Positions 27,818 to 38,490 of a stretch of DNA of 64,000 bases are shown here, in pieces. Position 1 is the first letter of the stretch. Every line of letters begins with the position of its first letter. This DNA comes from Hyphomicrobiales bacterium (GTDB lineage Bacteria > Pseudomonadota > Alphaproteobacteria > Rhizobiales > Xanthobacteraceae), in NCBI GenBank assembly GCA_017305455.1, contig JAFKKO010000117.1, positions 21,824 to 85,823 on the forward strand, in the 5' to 3' direction. The position numbers and the translations under genes are program-made. The notes under the pieces are model-generated. The model saw only the letters and a list, made by a program, of their open reading frames with translations. It did not search any database and was not told the origin of the DNA.

Positions 27818-28010
27818 ACCGGACAGCCCGCTGCGGACGCGGACCGCACGATCTCGACATTTCGTTGCCTTGCGGCAGGGCCGTTGAATTCATGTTCGAT
27901 GTGGCCATGGCCCTCGGCCGACCTTCCGGGGCCCGGCCATTGGCTGTGCAGCTTGGCTGGGATCCCGTCATCCGTTCCGGATTTCGGTCGCGTGCGATGG
28001 GAGTCAAAAA

Positions 28011-28032
28011 GAACATATTGCGAACAAGGAAC
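28011..28032. promoter_or_regulatory. Alphaproteobacterial SOS (LexA) box GAAC-N7-GAAC upstream of recA, with a third GAAC 3 nt further on
   Basis: The sequence reads GAACatattgcGAACaagGAAC, 106 nt upstream of the recA ATG. It matches the GAAC-N7-GAAC / GTTC-N7-GTTC direct-repeat LexA site described for Rhizobiaceae and Rhodobacter. Confidence 0.75.
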
Positions 28033-28137
28033 AAATGGGGTACATTGCCTCTATCGGATGTCCTTCGCGATTCCGTCCGCCGTTTCTGGGAAGCCTGTTT
28101 GCCGGCCGGCGAATCCCGTTCATAAGGAGCATGACCT

Positions 28138-29226
28138 ATGGCACCTGCTGCCCTGCGTATCGTCGAAGGAACTTCCATGGACAAGACCAAGGCTCTGTCG
28201 GCCGCGCTCTCCCAGATCGAGCGCCAGTTCGGCAAGGGCTCCGTGATGAGGCTGGGCAAGAACGACCGCTCGATGGACGTCGAGGTGGTGTCCTCCGGCT
28301 CGCTTGGCCTCGATATCGCGCTCGGCGTCGGCGGCTTGCCCAAGGGGCGGGTGGTCGAGATTTACGGCCCGGAATCCTCCGGCAAGACCACGCTGGCGCT
28401 GCATTGCGTCGCCGAGGCGCAGAAGAAGGGTGGCATCTGCGCCTTCATCGACGCTGAACACGCGCTCGATCCGGTCTATGCCCGCAAGCTCGGCGTCAAT
28501 GTCGATGAGCTTCTGATTTCCCAGCCCGACCATGGCGAGCAGGCGCTGGAGATCGCCGACACGCTGGTGCGCTCCGGCGCGGTCGACGTGCTGATCGTCG
28601 ATTCGGTGGCGGCGCTGGTGCCGCGCGCCGAACTTGAGGGCGAGATGGGCGATGCGCTGCCCGGCCTGCAGGCGCGTCTGATGAGCCAGGCGCTGCGCAA
28701 GCTGACCGCCTCGATCAACAAGTCCCACACCATGGTGATCTTCATCAACCAGATCCGCATGAAGATCGGTGTGATGTACGGCTCGCCCGAGACCACCACC
28801 GGTGGCAACGCGCTGAAATTCTACGCCTCGGTCCGTCTCGACATTCGCCGCATCGGCGCGATCAAGGAGCGCGACGAGGTGATCGGCAACTCCACCCGCG
28901 TCAAGGTGGTGAAGAACAAGCTGGCGCCGCCGTTCAAGCAGGTCGAATTCGACATCATGTATGGCGAGGGCGTCTCCAAGATGGGCGAGATCCTCGACCT
29001 CGGCGTCAAGGCCGGCATTGTCGAGAAGTCCGGCGCCTGGTTCTCCTACGACAGTCAGCGCCTTGGTCAGGGCCGCGAGAACTCCAAGGCCTTCCTCAAG
29101 GCCAATCCCGATCTCACCGCCAAGATCGAAACCGCGATCCGGCAGAATTCCGGTTTGCTGGCCGAGCAGATTCTGGCCGGCACGCCCGAGAGCGATGCCG
29201 AAGGCGAGGAGCCGGCGGAAGATTGA
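28138..29226 (+). CDS. recA: Recombinase RecA
   Basis: [18 protein letters not shown], Walker [11 protein letters not shown], and full-length similarity to RecA. AAGGAG lies 8 nt upstream of ATG 28138. Confidence 0.98.
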   Translation: MAPAALRIVEGTSMDKTKALSAALSQIERQFGKGSVMRLGKNDRSMDVEVVSSGSLGLDIALGVGGLPKGRVVEIYGPESSGKTTLALHCVAEAQKKGGICAFIDAEHALDPVYARKLGVNVDELLISQPDHGEQALEIADTLVRSGAVDVLIVDSVAALVPRAELEGEMGDALPGLQARLMSQALRKLTASINKSHTMVIFINQIRMKIGVMYGSPETTTGGNALKFYASVRLDIRRIGAIKERDEVIGNSTRVKVVKNKLAPPFKQVEFDIMYGEGVSKMGEILDLGVKAGIVEKSGAWFSYDSQRLGQGRENSKAFLKANPDLTAKIETAIRQNSGLLAEQILAGTPESDAEGEEPAED

Positions 29227-29323
29227 TGACTTCCGGGGCTTGAGTTCGTCGTGACTTGAGTTTCGGTGCGGTCCCGGAAGAACGGGAATCCTTCCGGATC
29301 AGACCGCGCCTTCGGAAGAGAAC

Positions 29324-29377
29324 GGGTGCTGCGGACGTTGAGTTGCCGACGTCCTCAGCGCCCGTTTTGTTTTTTTG
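29324..29377 (+). terminator. Intrinsic terminator of recA
   Basis: 15-bp stem gggtgctgcggacgt/acgtcctcagcgccc (one G-U pair, one mismatch) followed by gttttgttttttt. Confidence 0.8.
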
Positions 29378-29405
29378 CGAGCGGATAAGCGGATAGCTAA
29401 TGTTC

Positions 29406-29517
29406 TCGTCATGGCCGGATTTATTCCGGCCATCCACGACCTTGCACCTCGACAGTGCACAGCATTGAATGTGTGAAGCGGAGACGTAGATGGCCGGAAC
29501 AAGCCCGGCCATGACGC
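29406..29517. repeat. Composite hairpin-pair repeat, family A, copy 1
   Basis: Arm tcgtcatggccggatttattccggccatccacg is followed ~47 bp later by the inverted arm cgtagatggccggaacaagcccggccatgacg. Each arm is itself a GC hairpin. The same architecture occurs at 37275 and 40332. Confidence 0.8.
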
Positions 29518-29533
29518 ATAATCAGAGATGCCG

Positions 29534-32404
29534 CTACTCCGCCGCCTGCGCGTAGTCCGACACCGGCGGGCAGGAGCAGACCAGATTGCGGTCGCCATAG
29601 ACGTTGTCGACGCGGCCGACCGGCGACCAGTATTTGTCGTTGCGCGAGGTGCCGGCCGGGAAGCAGCCGTCGGCGCGCGCGTAGGGCCGCTGCCAGCCGT
29701 CGTCGGCGATGTCATGCACGGTGTGCGGCGCGTTGCGCAGCGGCGAGGCCTCGATCGGCCAGCGATTGTTCTCCACCTCGGCGATCTCGCGGCGGATCGC
29801 GATCATCGCCTCGCAGAAACGATCGAGCTCGGCCTTCGCTTCGGATTCGGTCGGCTCGATCATCAGCGTGCCGGGCACCGGGAAGCTCATGGTCGGCGCG
29901 TGGAAGCCGTAATCGATCAGCCGCTTGGCGATGTCGTCCACGGTGACGCCGCAGGAGGTCTTCAGCGGCCGCGGATCGACGATGCATTCATGCGCGACGC
30001 GGCCGCGTTCGTTGCGATAGAGCACCGGAAAATGCGGATCGAGCCGCTGCGCGATGTAGTTGGCGTTGAGGATCGCGATCTCGGTCGCGCGCTTGAGGCC
30101 CTCGCCGCCCATCATCAGGATATAGAGATACGAGATGACGAGGATCGAGGCCGAGCCGTACGGCGCGGCGCTGACCGCGCCCACCGCCGCCGCGCCGCCA
30201 TCGCACGCGATATGTCCGGGCAGGAACGGCGCGAGATGCTTTCGCACGCCGATCGGGCCCATGCCGGGGCCGCCGCCGCCATGCGGAATGCAGAACGTCT
30301 TGTGCAGGTTGAGATGGCTGACATCGGCGCCGTAATCGCCCGGCCGCGACAGCCCGACTTGCGCGTTGAGGTTGGCGCCGTCGAGATAAACCTGTCCGCC
30401 GTGCTGATGCACGATGTCGCAGATGTCGCGAATGTGCTCCTCGAACACGCCGTGCGTCGAGGGATAGGTGATCATCACCGCCGCGAGGCTGGAAGCGTGC
30501 TGTTCGGCTTTCTTGCGCAGATCATCGACATCGACATTGCCGTGCGTGTCGCACGCCACCACCACGACCTCCATGCCCGCCATGCTGGCGGAGGCCGGGT
30601 TGGTGCCGTGCGCCGAGGAGGGGATCAGGCACACCGTGCGCTGCGGCTCGCCGCGCGCGGCGTGATAGGCGCGGATCGCCAGCAAGCCGGCATATTCGCC
30701 CTGCGCGCCGGAGTTCGGCTGCAGCGAGATCGCGTCATAGCCGGTGATGGCGATCAGCATCTCTTCCAGCCGCTTGAACAGCGCGTGATAGCCGGCGGAC
30801 TGTGCCTTGGGCACGAAGGGATGCAGCGCGCCGAACTCCGGCCATGTCACCGGCATCATCTCGGTGGTGGCGTTGAGCTTCATGGTGCATGAGCCGAGCG
30901 GGATCATCGCGCGGTCGAGCGCAAGATCGCGGTCCGCGAGCTTGCGCATGTAGCGCAAGAGCTCGGTCTCGGAGCGATGGGCGTGAAACACCGGATGGGT
31001 GAGGAACGCGCCAGTCCGCACCAGCTCCGGCGGCAGCGCCTCGCGCGCCTGCCGCTCGATCTCGTCATAGGCGAGGTTGCCGCCGAAGGCGCGCCACACT
31101 GCCTCGATGATGGCGGGCGTGGTGGTCTCGTCGAGCGCGATCGCCAGCGTGCCGTCACCAACGTGCAGGTTGATCTGCTCGGCCAACGCCCGCGTCACGA
31201 TCTCGTTCTGCCGCGCGCCATCCACCTTCACCGTGACGGTGTCGAAGAATGTCTCGCTGGTCGGCGCAAAGCCGAGCTTGCGCAGACCCGCCGCCAGCGC
31301 CGCCGTGCGGCGGTGCACGGTGCGTGCGATATGCGTCAGCCCTTCGGGGCCGTGATAGACGGCGTACATCGAGGCGATCACCGCCAGCAGCACCTGCGCG
31401 GTGCAGATGTTGGAGGTCGCTTTCTCGCGGCGGATGTGCTGCTCCCGGGTCTGCAGCGCGAGGCGATAGGCCGGCGCGCCGCGCGCATCGACCGACAGGC
31501 CGACAAGGCGGCCGGGCATCGTGCGCTTGAGCGCGTCCTTCACCGCCATGTAGGCGGCATGCGGTCCGCCATAGCCCATCGGTACGCCGAAGCGCTGCGC
31601 CGAGCCGATTGCGATGTCGGCGCCGAGTTCGTCGGGCGAAGCCAGCAGCGTCAGCGCCAACAGATCGGCGGCAATGATCGCGATGCCGCCTTTGGCATGC
31701 AGCGCAGCGATCGCGGCGCGGGGATCGCGCACTGCGCCGTCCGTGCCGGGATACTGGAACAGCGCGCCGAACACCTCGGCTTTATCGAGATCGCGCGCCG
31801 GATCGCCGACGATCAGCGTCCAGCCGAGCGGCTCGGCGCGGGTGCGCAGCACCGCCAGCGTCTGCGGATGCACCGCCTGATCGACGAAGAACGCGCTTGC
31901 CTTCACCTGCGCGGAGCGATGCGCCAGCGCCATCGCTTCCGCCGCCGCGGTTGCCTCGTCGAGCAGCGAGGCGTTGGCGACATCGAGGCCGGTCAGATCG
32001 CAAATCATGGTCTGAAAGTTGAGCAGCGCTTCCAGTCGGCCCTGGCTGATCTCAGGCTGATACGGCGTGTAGGCAGTGTACCAGGCCGGGTTCTCCAGAA
32101 TGTTGCGCTGGATCACCGCCGGCAGGATGGTGCCGGAATAGCCTTGACCGATCAGCGAGGTGAACACGCTGTTCTGTGCGGCGAGTTCGCGCATATGCGC
32201 CAGCGCCTCGGTCTCGCTCAGCGCCGGGCCGAGATCGAGCGGCTTCGCCTGCCGGATCGAGGCAGGCAGCGTCTCGCCGATCAGCGCGTCGATACTTTTG
32301 GCACCGACAGTTTCCAGCATCGCGGCGATATCGCGCGGTGAGGGACCGATGTGCCGGCGCGCGAAGTCGGTCGCGGGTTCATTCGAGGGGCGATGCGCGG
32401 TCAT
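29534..32404 (-). CDS. gcvP: Glycine dehydrogenase (decarboxylating), single-chain P protein
   Basis: 956 aa with full-length GcvP similarity (e.g. [29 protein letters not shown]). It is the last gene of gcvT-gcvH-gcvP. Confidence 0.97.
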   Translation of the reverse strand: MTAHRPSNEPATDFARRHIGPSPRDIAAMLETVGAKSIDALIGETLPASIRQAKPLDLGPALSETEALAHMRELAAQNSVFTSLIGQGYSGTILPAVIQRNILENPAWYTAYTPYQPEISQGRLEALLNFQTMICDLTGLDVANASLLDEATAAAEAMALAHRSAQVKASAFFVDQAVHPQTLAVLRTRAEPLGWTLIVGDPARDLDKAEVFGALFQYPGTDGAVRDPRAAIAALHAKGGIAIIAADLLALTLLASPDELGADIAIGSAQRFGVPMGYGGPHAAYMAVKDALKRTMPGRLVGLSVDARGAPAYRLALQTREQHIRREKATSNICTAQVLLAVIASMYAVYHGPEGLTHIARTVHRRTAALAAGLRKLGFAPTSETFFDTVTVKVDGARQNEIVTRALAEQINLHVGDGTLAIALDETTTPAIIEAVWRAFGGNLAYDEIERQAREALPPELVRTGAFLTHPVFHAHRSETELLRYMRKLADRDLALDRAMIPLGSCTMKLNATTEMMPVTWPEFGALHPFVPKAQSAGYHALFKRLEEMLIAITGYDAISLQPNSGAQGEYAGLLAIRAYHAARGEPQRTVCLIPSSAHGTNPASASMAGMEVVVVACDTHGNVDVDDLRKKAEQHASSLAAVMITYPSTHGVFEEHIRDICDIVHQHGGQVYLDGANLNAQVGLSRPGDYGADVSHLNLHKTFCIPHGGGGPGMGPIGVRKHLAPFLPGHIACDGGAAAVGAVSAAPYGSASILVISYLYILMMGGEGLKRATEIAILNANYIAQRLDPHFPVLYRNERGRVAHECIVDPRPLKTSCGVTVDDIAKRLIDYGFHAPTMSFPVPGTLMIEPTESEAKAELDRFCEAMIAIRREIAEVENNRWPIEASPLRNAPHTVHDIADDGWQRPYARADGCFPAGTSRNDKYWSPVGRVDNVYGDRNLVCSCPPVSDYAQAAE

Positions 32405-32449
32405 TTGAAGATCCTTGAAGCTTCAAAAGTTGTGAAAGGGACAACGCTT

Positions 32450-32570
32450 CACCTCTCCCCGTCGGGGAGAGGTCGGATTGCGCAGCAATCCGGGTGAGGG
32501 GGATCGAATTTCAGTTTCAGGCATCTGGCGCCCCTCACCCCAACCCTCTCCCCGGCGGGGAGAGGGAGCG
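32450..32570. repeat. Nested palindromic REP/MITE-like element in the gcvH-gcvP spacer
   Basis: It contains hairpins cctctcccc-gtc-ggggagagg, gattgc-gca-gcaatc and ccctctcccc-ggc-ggggagaggg, plus the flanking inverted pair gggtgagggg/cccctcaccc. Confidence 0.75.
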
Positions 32571-32595
32571 CATCGTGCATGTCGATCCATCAGTC

Positions 32596-32961
32596 TCACG
32601 CCGTGTGCGCCTTGTAGGCGGCTTCATCCATCAGGCCGTCGAGTTCGCTTTTGTCGGCGATCTTCAGCTTGAAGAACCACGCGCCCTTGCCGGGATCGGA
32701 GTTCACCAGCGAAGGATCGGCGACCACGGCGTCGTTGACGGCGACGACCTCGCCGGTGATCGGCGCGTAGACGTCGGACGCGGCCTTGACGCTCTCGACG
32801 GTCGCGGCGGCTTCCGCCTTCTTCAGCGCGCGGCCGACCTTGGGCAGTTCGACGAACACCACGTCGCCGAGCTGGGTCTGGGCGAAGTCGGTGATGCCGA
32901 TCGTGGCGACGTCGCCTTCGATCTGCAGCCATTCATGGTCGTCGGTGAACAAAGTGGTCAT
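32596..32961 (-). CDS. gcvH: Glycine cleavage system H protein
   Basis: 121 aa with the lipoyl-lysine motif VESVKAASD. Confidence 0.97.
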   Translation of the reverse strand: MTTLFTDDHEWLQIEGDVATIGITDFAQTQLGDVVFVELPKVGRALKKAEAAATVESVKAASDVYAPITGEVVAVNDAVVADPSLVNSDPGKGAWFFKLKIADKSELDGLMDEAAYKAHTA

Positions 32962-32969
32962 GCATGTCC

Positions 32970-34145
32970 TCAGCGTTGATAAGTGGGAGCAACGAATGGC
33001 AGTTTCGAAATGCGCAGCGGCAGGCGCTGGCCGCGCACCTCGGCGAACAGAAGCGTGTCGATGGCGGAGAGCGCGGTCGGCACATAGCCCATCGCCACCG
33101 GGCCGCCCACGCTGGGGCCGAAGCCGCCCGAGGTCACGGTGCCGATCGGGTCGGTTGAAGTTTCATCAGCAAACAGCGCAGCGCCTTCGCGCACCGGCGC
33201 GCGGCCCTCGGCCTTCAGCCCGACGCGGCGGCGCGATGCGCCTTTGTCGAACTGCGGCAGGATCACATCCGCGCCGGGAAAACCGCCGGCTTTCGCGCCG
33301 CCGCTGCGGCGTTTTTTCTGAACCGCCCACTCCAGCGCCGCTTCCACCGGCGTCGTCGCGGTGTCGATGTCATGGCCATAAAGGCAAAGCCCGGCCTCCA
33401 GCCGCAGGCTGTCGCGCGCGCCGAGCCCGATCGGCAGCACGTCGGAATCCGCCAGCAGCGTGGTGACGACGCGCTCGGCATCCGCCGCCGGAATCGAAAT
33501 CTCGAAACCGTCCTCGCCGGTGTAGCCGGAGCGCGAGACGAAACAGTCGGCATTAAGGATGCGGCGCGGCGCGGCATCCATGAAGCGCATGGCGGCGACA
33601 TCCGGCGCGTGTTTTGCCAGCACGGTGGCGGCCTTGGGGCCTTGCAGCGCGACCAACGCGCGATCGGTCAGCGGCTCGATCACGCAGTCGTTGGACAGAT
33701 GCGCGCGCAGATGCGCCTCGTCGGCGTCCTTGCAGGCGGCGTTGACCACCAAAAACAGGTGGTCCCCGAAATTTGCCACCATCAGGTCGTCGAGAATGCC
33801 GCCCGCCGGATTGGTGAACAGGGCATAGCGCTGGCGGCCGGGCGCGATGCTGGCGATGTCCTGCGGAACGAGACGCTCCAGCGCGGCGGCGGCATCCGCG
33901 ACCGTTCCGGATTTCGGCCGCAGCGCGAGCTGGCCCATATGCGAGACATCGAACAGGCCAGCGGCGGTTCGGGTGTGCAGATGCTCCTTGAGTACGCCTG
34001 CGGCATATTGCACCGGCATCTCATAGCCGGCGAACGGCACCATCTTGCCGCCATGGGTAAGGTGCAGCGCATGCAGCGGCACGCGCTTCAGCGGGGCGGC
34101 GGAGGCAGGGTTGTTGGCGGGCGTATCCGGGGCGTGCGCAAGCAT
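32970..34145 (-). CDS. gcvT: Glycine cleavage system aminomethyltransferase T
   Basis: MLAHAPDT...[12 protein letters not shown]...[13 protein letters not shown] 34143-34145 is preceded by AGGAG. The listed ORF extends to 34412, but that part overlaps the riboswitch. Confidence 0.93.
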   Translation of the reverse strand: MLAHAPDTPANNPASAAPLKRVPLHALHLTHGGKMVPFAGYEMPVQYAAGVLKEHLHTRTAAGLFDVSHMGQLALRPKSGTVADAAAALERLVPQDIASIAPGRQRYALFTNPAGGILDDLMVANFGDHLFLVVNAACKDADEAHLRAHLSNDCVIEPLTDRALVALQGPKAATVLAKHAPDVAAMRFMDAAPRRILNADCFVSRSGYTGEDGFEISIPAADAERVVTTLLADSDVLPIGLGARDSLRLEAGLCLYGHDIDTATTPVEAALEWAVQKKRRSGGAKAGGFPGADVILPQFDKGASRRRVGLKAEGRAPVREGAALFADETSTDPIGTVTSGGFGPSVGGPVAMGYVPTALSAIDTLLFAEVRGQRLPLRISKLPFVAPTYQR

Positions 34146-34199
34146 GTCGAGGCTCCTGATGGCCGCGGGAACCTTCGAATCAAGGTCCTGCAAGCCTGA

Positions 34200-34370
34200 A
34201 GAAGCCCCACCTGTCTTTTTGCCTGAGAGTATTATCCCGTCGGCGGATACCGCGCCGGTCGGCCCGGCCGTATCTCTTTCCAGATTTGGTCCGTCACACG
34301 GTCCTTTTGCCTGAGAGTTTCCGGGGCGGTTGCTCCTTCGGCGCCGGCTCGGCCGGTCTCTTCCGACGTG
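34200..34370 (-). promoter_or_regulatory. Tandem glycine riboswitch (two aptamers) in the gcvT leader
   Basis: The minus strand reads cGGAAGAGACC...GCGCCGAAGGAGCAAccgccccggaaaCUCUCAGGCAAAAGGACcg, then cuGGAAAGAGaua...ccgccgacgggauaauaCUCUCAGGCAAAAAGACagg. These are two copies of the conserved GGAGAG...CACCGAAGGGGCAA...CUCUCAGGCAAAAGGAC-type aptamer core, upstream of gcvTHP. Confidence 0.88.
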
Positions 34371-34589
34371 ACGTCGTGTGCGGAGCAAAACATGGGATTC
34401 TGAGGCTGTCAACGCGACCGGAATTTAGACAATCGGCGGTCGTGCGCTTGCAACCGTCTGATCCTAAATCCTGTTTGTGGCTGCCGCTTTATGGACAGGC
34501 TGTCGGGCCCCGTCTAAAAGCGGCGTGGAACAGGGCCGCAGAACCCCTCCGGGAGCGGCGGATTCGAACAGATCGGCGATTGGACGGTT

Positions 34590-37253
34590 ATGAGCGGCGT
34601 TAACGAGATCAGGTCGGGATTTCTGGATTATTTCGCGAAGAACGGCCACGAGAAGGTGGCGTCCTCGCCGCTGGTGCCGCGCAACGACCCGACCCTGATG
34701 TTCACCAATGCGGGCATGGTGCAGTTCAAGAACGTGTTCACCGGTCTTGAGAAGCGCCCCTATCAGCGCGCCACCACCTCGCAGAAATGCGTCCGCGCCG
34801 GCGGCAAGCACAACGACCTCGACAATGTCGGCTACACCGCGCGCCACCACACCTTTTTTGAGATGCTCGGCAATTTCTCGTTCGGCGATTACTTCAAGGA
34901 TCGCGCGATCGAACTCGCCTGGAACCTGATCACCAAGGAATTCGCGCTCCCCAAGGACCGCCTGCTGGTCACGGTGTTCTCGGAGGACGACGAGGCCTTC
35001 AACCTGTGGAAGAAGATCGCGGGCCTGCCGGAATCCCGGATCATCCGCATCGCGACCTCGGACAATTTCTGGCAGATGGGCGACACCGGCCCGTGCGGAC
35101 CGTGCTCGGAAATCTTCTTCGATCACGGCGACAAGATTCCGGGGGGGCCTCCCGGCTCGGCGGACGAGGACGGCGACCGCTTCATCGAGATCTGGAATCT
35201 CGTGTTCATGCAGTTCGAGCAGGTCGCGGGCGGCGTGCGCAATCCGCTGCCGCATCCCTCGATCGACACCGGCATGGGGCTGGAGCGCATCGCCGCGGTG
35301 CTGCAGGGCAGGCACGACAATTATGAGATCGACCTGTTCGTCGCGCTGATCCGCGCCGCCTCCGAACTCACCGGCGCCGATCCGCACGGCCCGATGCAGG
35401 CCTCGCTGCGCGTGATCGCCGATCACCTGCGCGCGTCCTCGTTCCTGATCGCCGACGGCGTGCTGCCCTCCAACGAGGGTCGCGGCTATGTGCTGCGCCG
35501 GATCATGCGCCGCGCCATGCGCCACGCGCAGTTGCTCGGCGCGAAAGATCCGCTGATGCATCGCCTGGTCTGGGCGCTGGTGCGCGAGATGGGGCAGGCC
35601 TATCCGGAACTGGTGCGCGCCGAGAAGCTGATCGAGGAAACGCTGAAGCTGGAGGAGACCCGCTTCCGCAAGACGCTGGCCAAGGGCCTGTCGATCCTCG
35701 ACGACAAGAGCCGCGATCTCAAGAAAGGCGACATGTTCGACGGCGAGACCGCGTTCACGCTGTACGACACCTACGGCTTCCCGCTCGATCTGACGCAGGA
35801 CGCATTGCGCGCGCGCGGCATCGGCGTCGATCTCTCGTCCTTCACCGACGCGATGGACCAGCAGCGCGCCAAGGCGCGTGCCGCCTGGGCCGGCTCGGGC
35901 GACACCGCCGCGGAGAAGGTCTGGTTTCCGCTGCGCGAGCGGCTCGGGGCGACCGAATTCCTCGGCTACGAGACGGAAGTCGCCGAAGGCGTCGTCTCCG
36001 CGCTGGTCAGGGACGGCGAGAGCGTCGAGACTCTGAAGGCGGGCGAGACCGGCGCGGTGGTGATGAACCAGACGCCGTTCTACGGCGAATCCGGCGGTCA
36101 GGTCGGCGACACCGGCATGCTGACCGGCGAGGGCGTGCGCTTCCGCGTCACCGATACCCAGAAGAAGGCCGGCGACCTGTTCGTCCATCTCGGCACCGTG
36201 GAGGAAGGCACGCTGAAGCCCGGCACGGCGCTGCAGCTTGACGTCGATCACACGCGGCGCAGCGCGATCCGCGCCAACCATTCGGCGACGCACCTGCTGC
36301 ATGAGGCGCTGCGCCTCGTGCTCGGCAACCACATCGCCCAGCGCGGTTCGCTGGTCGCGCCGGAGCGGCTGCGTTTCGACTTCGCGCACACCAAGCCGAT
36401 CACGCCGGAGGAATTGCAGCGCATCGAGGACATCGCCAACGACATCGTGCTGGAGAACGGCGAAGTCGTCACCCGCGTGATGGCGGTGGACGATGCGCGC
36501 GAATCCGGCGCGCGGGCGCTGTTCGGCGAGAAATACGGCGACGAGGTGCGCGTCGTGTCGATGGGCAAGGGCGCCGGCAACGCGCTCGGCTGGTCGGTCG
36601 AATTGTGCGGCGGCACCCATGTGAAGCGCACCGGCGATATCGGCCTGATCTCGGTGACGGGCGAGAGCGCGGTCGCCTCCGGCATTCGTCGCATCGAGGC
36701 GCTGACCGGCCGCACCGCGCGGCAGGCCGCCAATCACAGCATTCAGGTCGCCAAGACTGCAGCCTCCGAACTCAAGACCACGCTGGAGGACATGCCGGCG
36801 CGGGTCGCCGCGCTGCTCGAAGAGCGCAAGAAGCTGGAGCGCGATCTGTCCGACGCGCGCAAGAAGCTGGCGATGGGCGGCGGTGCATCGGCGGGCGGTG
36901 CCGCCAACGGCGCCGAGACCCGCATGGTCGCCGGGGTGAAGTTCTTCGGCCGCGCCGTGCAGGGCATCGAGATGAAGGATCTCAAGAGCCTTGCCGACGA
37001 CGCCAAGAAGAAGGTCGGGCAGGGCGTGGTCGCCATCGTCGGCGTCACCGAGGACGGCAAGGCCGGCGTCGTGGTCGGCGTCACGCCGGACCTGACATCG
37101 CGGTTCTCCGCGGTCGATCTCGTGCGGGTGGCGTCCGAGACGCTGGGCGGCAAGGGCGGCGGCGGCCGGCCGGACATGGCGCAGGCCGGCGGGCCGAACG
37201 GCGCGCAGGCCGATGCCGCGATCGCCGCGATCGAAAAGGCCATGGGCGCGTAA
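34590..37253 (+). CDS. alaS: Alanine--tRNA ligase
   Basis: 887 aa. [37 protein letters not shown], and the editing-domain motif [11 protein letters not shown]. Confidence 0.98.
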   Translation: MSGVNEIRSGFLDYFAKNGHEKVASSPLVPRNDPTLMFTNAGMVQFKNVFTGLEKRPYQRATTSQKCVRAGGKHNDLDNVGYTARHHTFFEMLGNFSFGDYFKDRAIELAWNLITKEFALPKDRLLVTVFSEDDEAFNLWKKIAGLPESRIIRIATSDNFWQMGDTGPCGPCSEIFFDHGDKIPGGPPGSADEDGDRFIEIWNLVFMQFEQVAGGVRNPLPHPSIDTGMGLERIAAVLQGRHDNYEIDLFVALIRAASELTGADPHGPMQASLRVIADHLRASSFLIADGVLPSNEGRGYVLRRIMRRAMRHAQLLGAKDPLMHRLVWALVREMGQAYPELVRAEKLIEETLKLEETRFRKTLAKGLSILDDKSRDLKKGDMFDGETAFTLYDTYGFPLDLTQDALRARGIGVDLSSFTDAMDQQRAKARAAWAGSGDTAAEKVWFPLRERLGATEFLGYETEVAEGVVSALVRDGESVETLKAGETGAVVMNQTPFYGESGGQVGDTGMLTGEGVRFRVTDTQKKAGDLFVHLGTVEEGTLKPGTALQLDVDHTRRSAIRANHSATHLLHEALRLVLGNHIAQRGSLVAPERLRFDFAHTKPITPEELQRIEDIANDIVLENGEVVTRVMAVDDARESGARALFGEKYGDEVRVVSMGKGAGNALGWSVELCGGTHVKRTGDIGLISVTGESAVASGIRRIEALTGRTARQAANHSIQVAKTAASELKTTLEDMPARVAALLEERKKLERDLSDARKKLAMGGGASAGGAANGAETRMVAGVKFFGRAVQGIEMKDLKSLADDAKKKVGQGVVAIVGVTEDGKAGVVVGVTPDLTSRFSAVDLVRVASETLGGKGGGGRPDMAQAGGPNGAQADAAIAAIEKAMGA

Positions 37254-37274
37254 GGCGACCACACTACATTTCTC

Positions 37275-37366
37275 TCGTCATGGCCGGGCTCGTCCCGGCC
37301 ATCCACGTTTTCTGAGTTGAAATGTCGTGAAGACGTGGATGCCCGGCACAAGGCCGGGCATGACGA
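37275..37366. repeat. Composite hairpin-pair repeat, family A, copy 2
   Basis: Arm tcgtcatggccgggctcgtcccggccatccacg, 26-bp spacer, then the inverted arm cgtggatgcccggcacaaggccgggcatgacga. Confidence 0.85.
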
Positions 37367-37432
37367 GAAATACTGCGTCGAGGAGATGCGCGCGCGCCGT
37401 CTTGGACTATGAGGCGGGTGCTGTCATCTTGC

Positions 37433-38287
37433 TCAGTGCGACATGAACACCGGTGCGGTCATGGATTCGAGGATGGTGCGGGTCACGCCGCCCAGCACGA
37501 ATTGGCGCAGCCGCGAATGGCCGTAGCCGCCGATCACCATGATGTCCGCGCCCTGGTCGGCAATGTACGACAGGATCGCGTTGCCGACATCGACGTCGGG
37601 CGCCTGCAGCGTCTTCAGCGTCACGTTGATGTCGTGGCGGGTCAGATGGGCGACGATGCCCTCGCCGCTGGCCTGATGGCGCGAGTCTTCGGTTTTCTCG
37701 TTGGCGACGATCAGGATCTCGACCTTCTTGGCCCGCTTCAGCAACGGCCGGGCGTCGTTCACCGCACGCGCGGCGGTGGAACTGCCGTCCCAGCAGCACA
37801 CCACATGATCGAGCTTGAAGGGGTCCCGCTGGATATAGGGCACGATCAGGACCGGCCGGCCCGAATCGAACAAGACCGCCTCGATCATCGCTTCGTTGTC
37901 GTCCTCGTGGTTTTCGGTCTGCTGGACGATGCTGAGGTCGGAGCGGCGCGCCTTGACCGCGAAGGCTTCCGCCGAGCGCGGCAGGCGATGCATGATCACT
38001 TCGTGGTCGAAGGAAATCTTGTGGCTCTTTGCTGCTTCCTCGAACCGCGCGACGGAGGCGCTGGCTTCGCGCGCCTTTTCCGCGGTGATGTTGGAAATCA
38101 CCGATGCGGGCATCGACGGGATCGGATATTGCGCGAAACCGACCGGGTCGCAGAACGCCATGCCGGTCACATGCGCGTCACAAGCCTGCGCCACCGATAT
38201 CGCATAGTCGAGAGAGCGGTCGCGTGCCGGGTCGGTTTCGAGCTTGAGGGTGATATCCTTGATCACGAGAGGCCTCCAATCGGTCAT
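37433..38287 (-). CDS. Universal stress protein with tandem Usp domains
   Basis: 284 aa with two UspA-like halves. The C-terminal ADIMVIGGYGHSRLRQFVLGGVTR is the typical Usp ATP-binding motif. Confidence 0.85.
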   Translation of the reverse strand: MTDWRPLVIKDITLKLETDPARDRSLDYAISVAQACDAHVTGMAFCDPVGFAQYPIPSMPASVISNITAEKAREASASVARFEEAAKSHKISFDHEVIMHRLPRSAEAFAVKARRSDLSIVQQTENHEDDNEAMIEAVLFDSGRPVLIVPYIQRDPFKLDHVVCCWDGSSTAARAVNDARPLLKRAKKVEILIVANEKTEDSRHQASGEGIVAHLTRHDINVTLKTLQAPDVDVGNAILSYIADQGADIMVIGGYGHSRLRQFVLGGVTRTILESMTAPVFMSH

Positions 38288-38490
38288 TTTACTGCAATTC
38301 GTCTAGTAGCATTTTCGCGCTGCCCTGGCGACGGCGGGTTGAGGCACATCAACCTGCAGAGGTGCCAGCCGAATTCGCCGTGCCTGATCATCGCATGCCG
38401 GATCCTCGCATGGCGGCCATCTCCGGACTGCGGCGATGGGTAGCCGGACAACGTGCTGGCGCCTTGTTCGCGAATGCAACAAAATGCCGC

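Noticed and set aside
27814-28125. 103-aa ORF in the coxG-recA spacer, and the 94-aa ORF at 17982-18266
   Set aside because: Neither has an SD or recognisable motifs. They overlap the recA SOS box and leader, and the 3' end of the TetR gene plus a terminator, respectively. Their codon usage is atypical.
32970-34412. 480-aa version of gcvT from the ORF track
   Set aside because: The extra 89 N-terminal codons run through the glycine riboswitch aptamers and are Arg/Ser-rich nonsense. ATG 34145 with AGGAG gives a normal-length GcvT.
34545-34585. tRNA-like T-loop string (gttcgaatcc on the minus strand) just upstream of alaS
   Set aside because: The flanking bases cannot form a T-stem (atctg versus ccgcc), and no acceptor or anticodon arms can be drawn. 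It is a chance match.
34464-37262. 932-aa ORF on the minus strand covering the whole of alaS
   Set aside because: It is exactly antisense to a full-length, unmistakable AlaRS gene. Its translation is Arg/Ala/Gly/His-rich low-complexity sequence, typical of stop-poor shadow frames in high-GC DNA, and has no recognisable motif.
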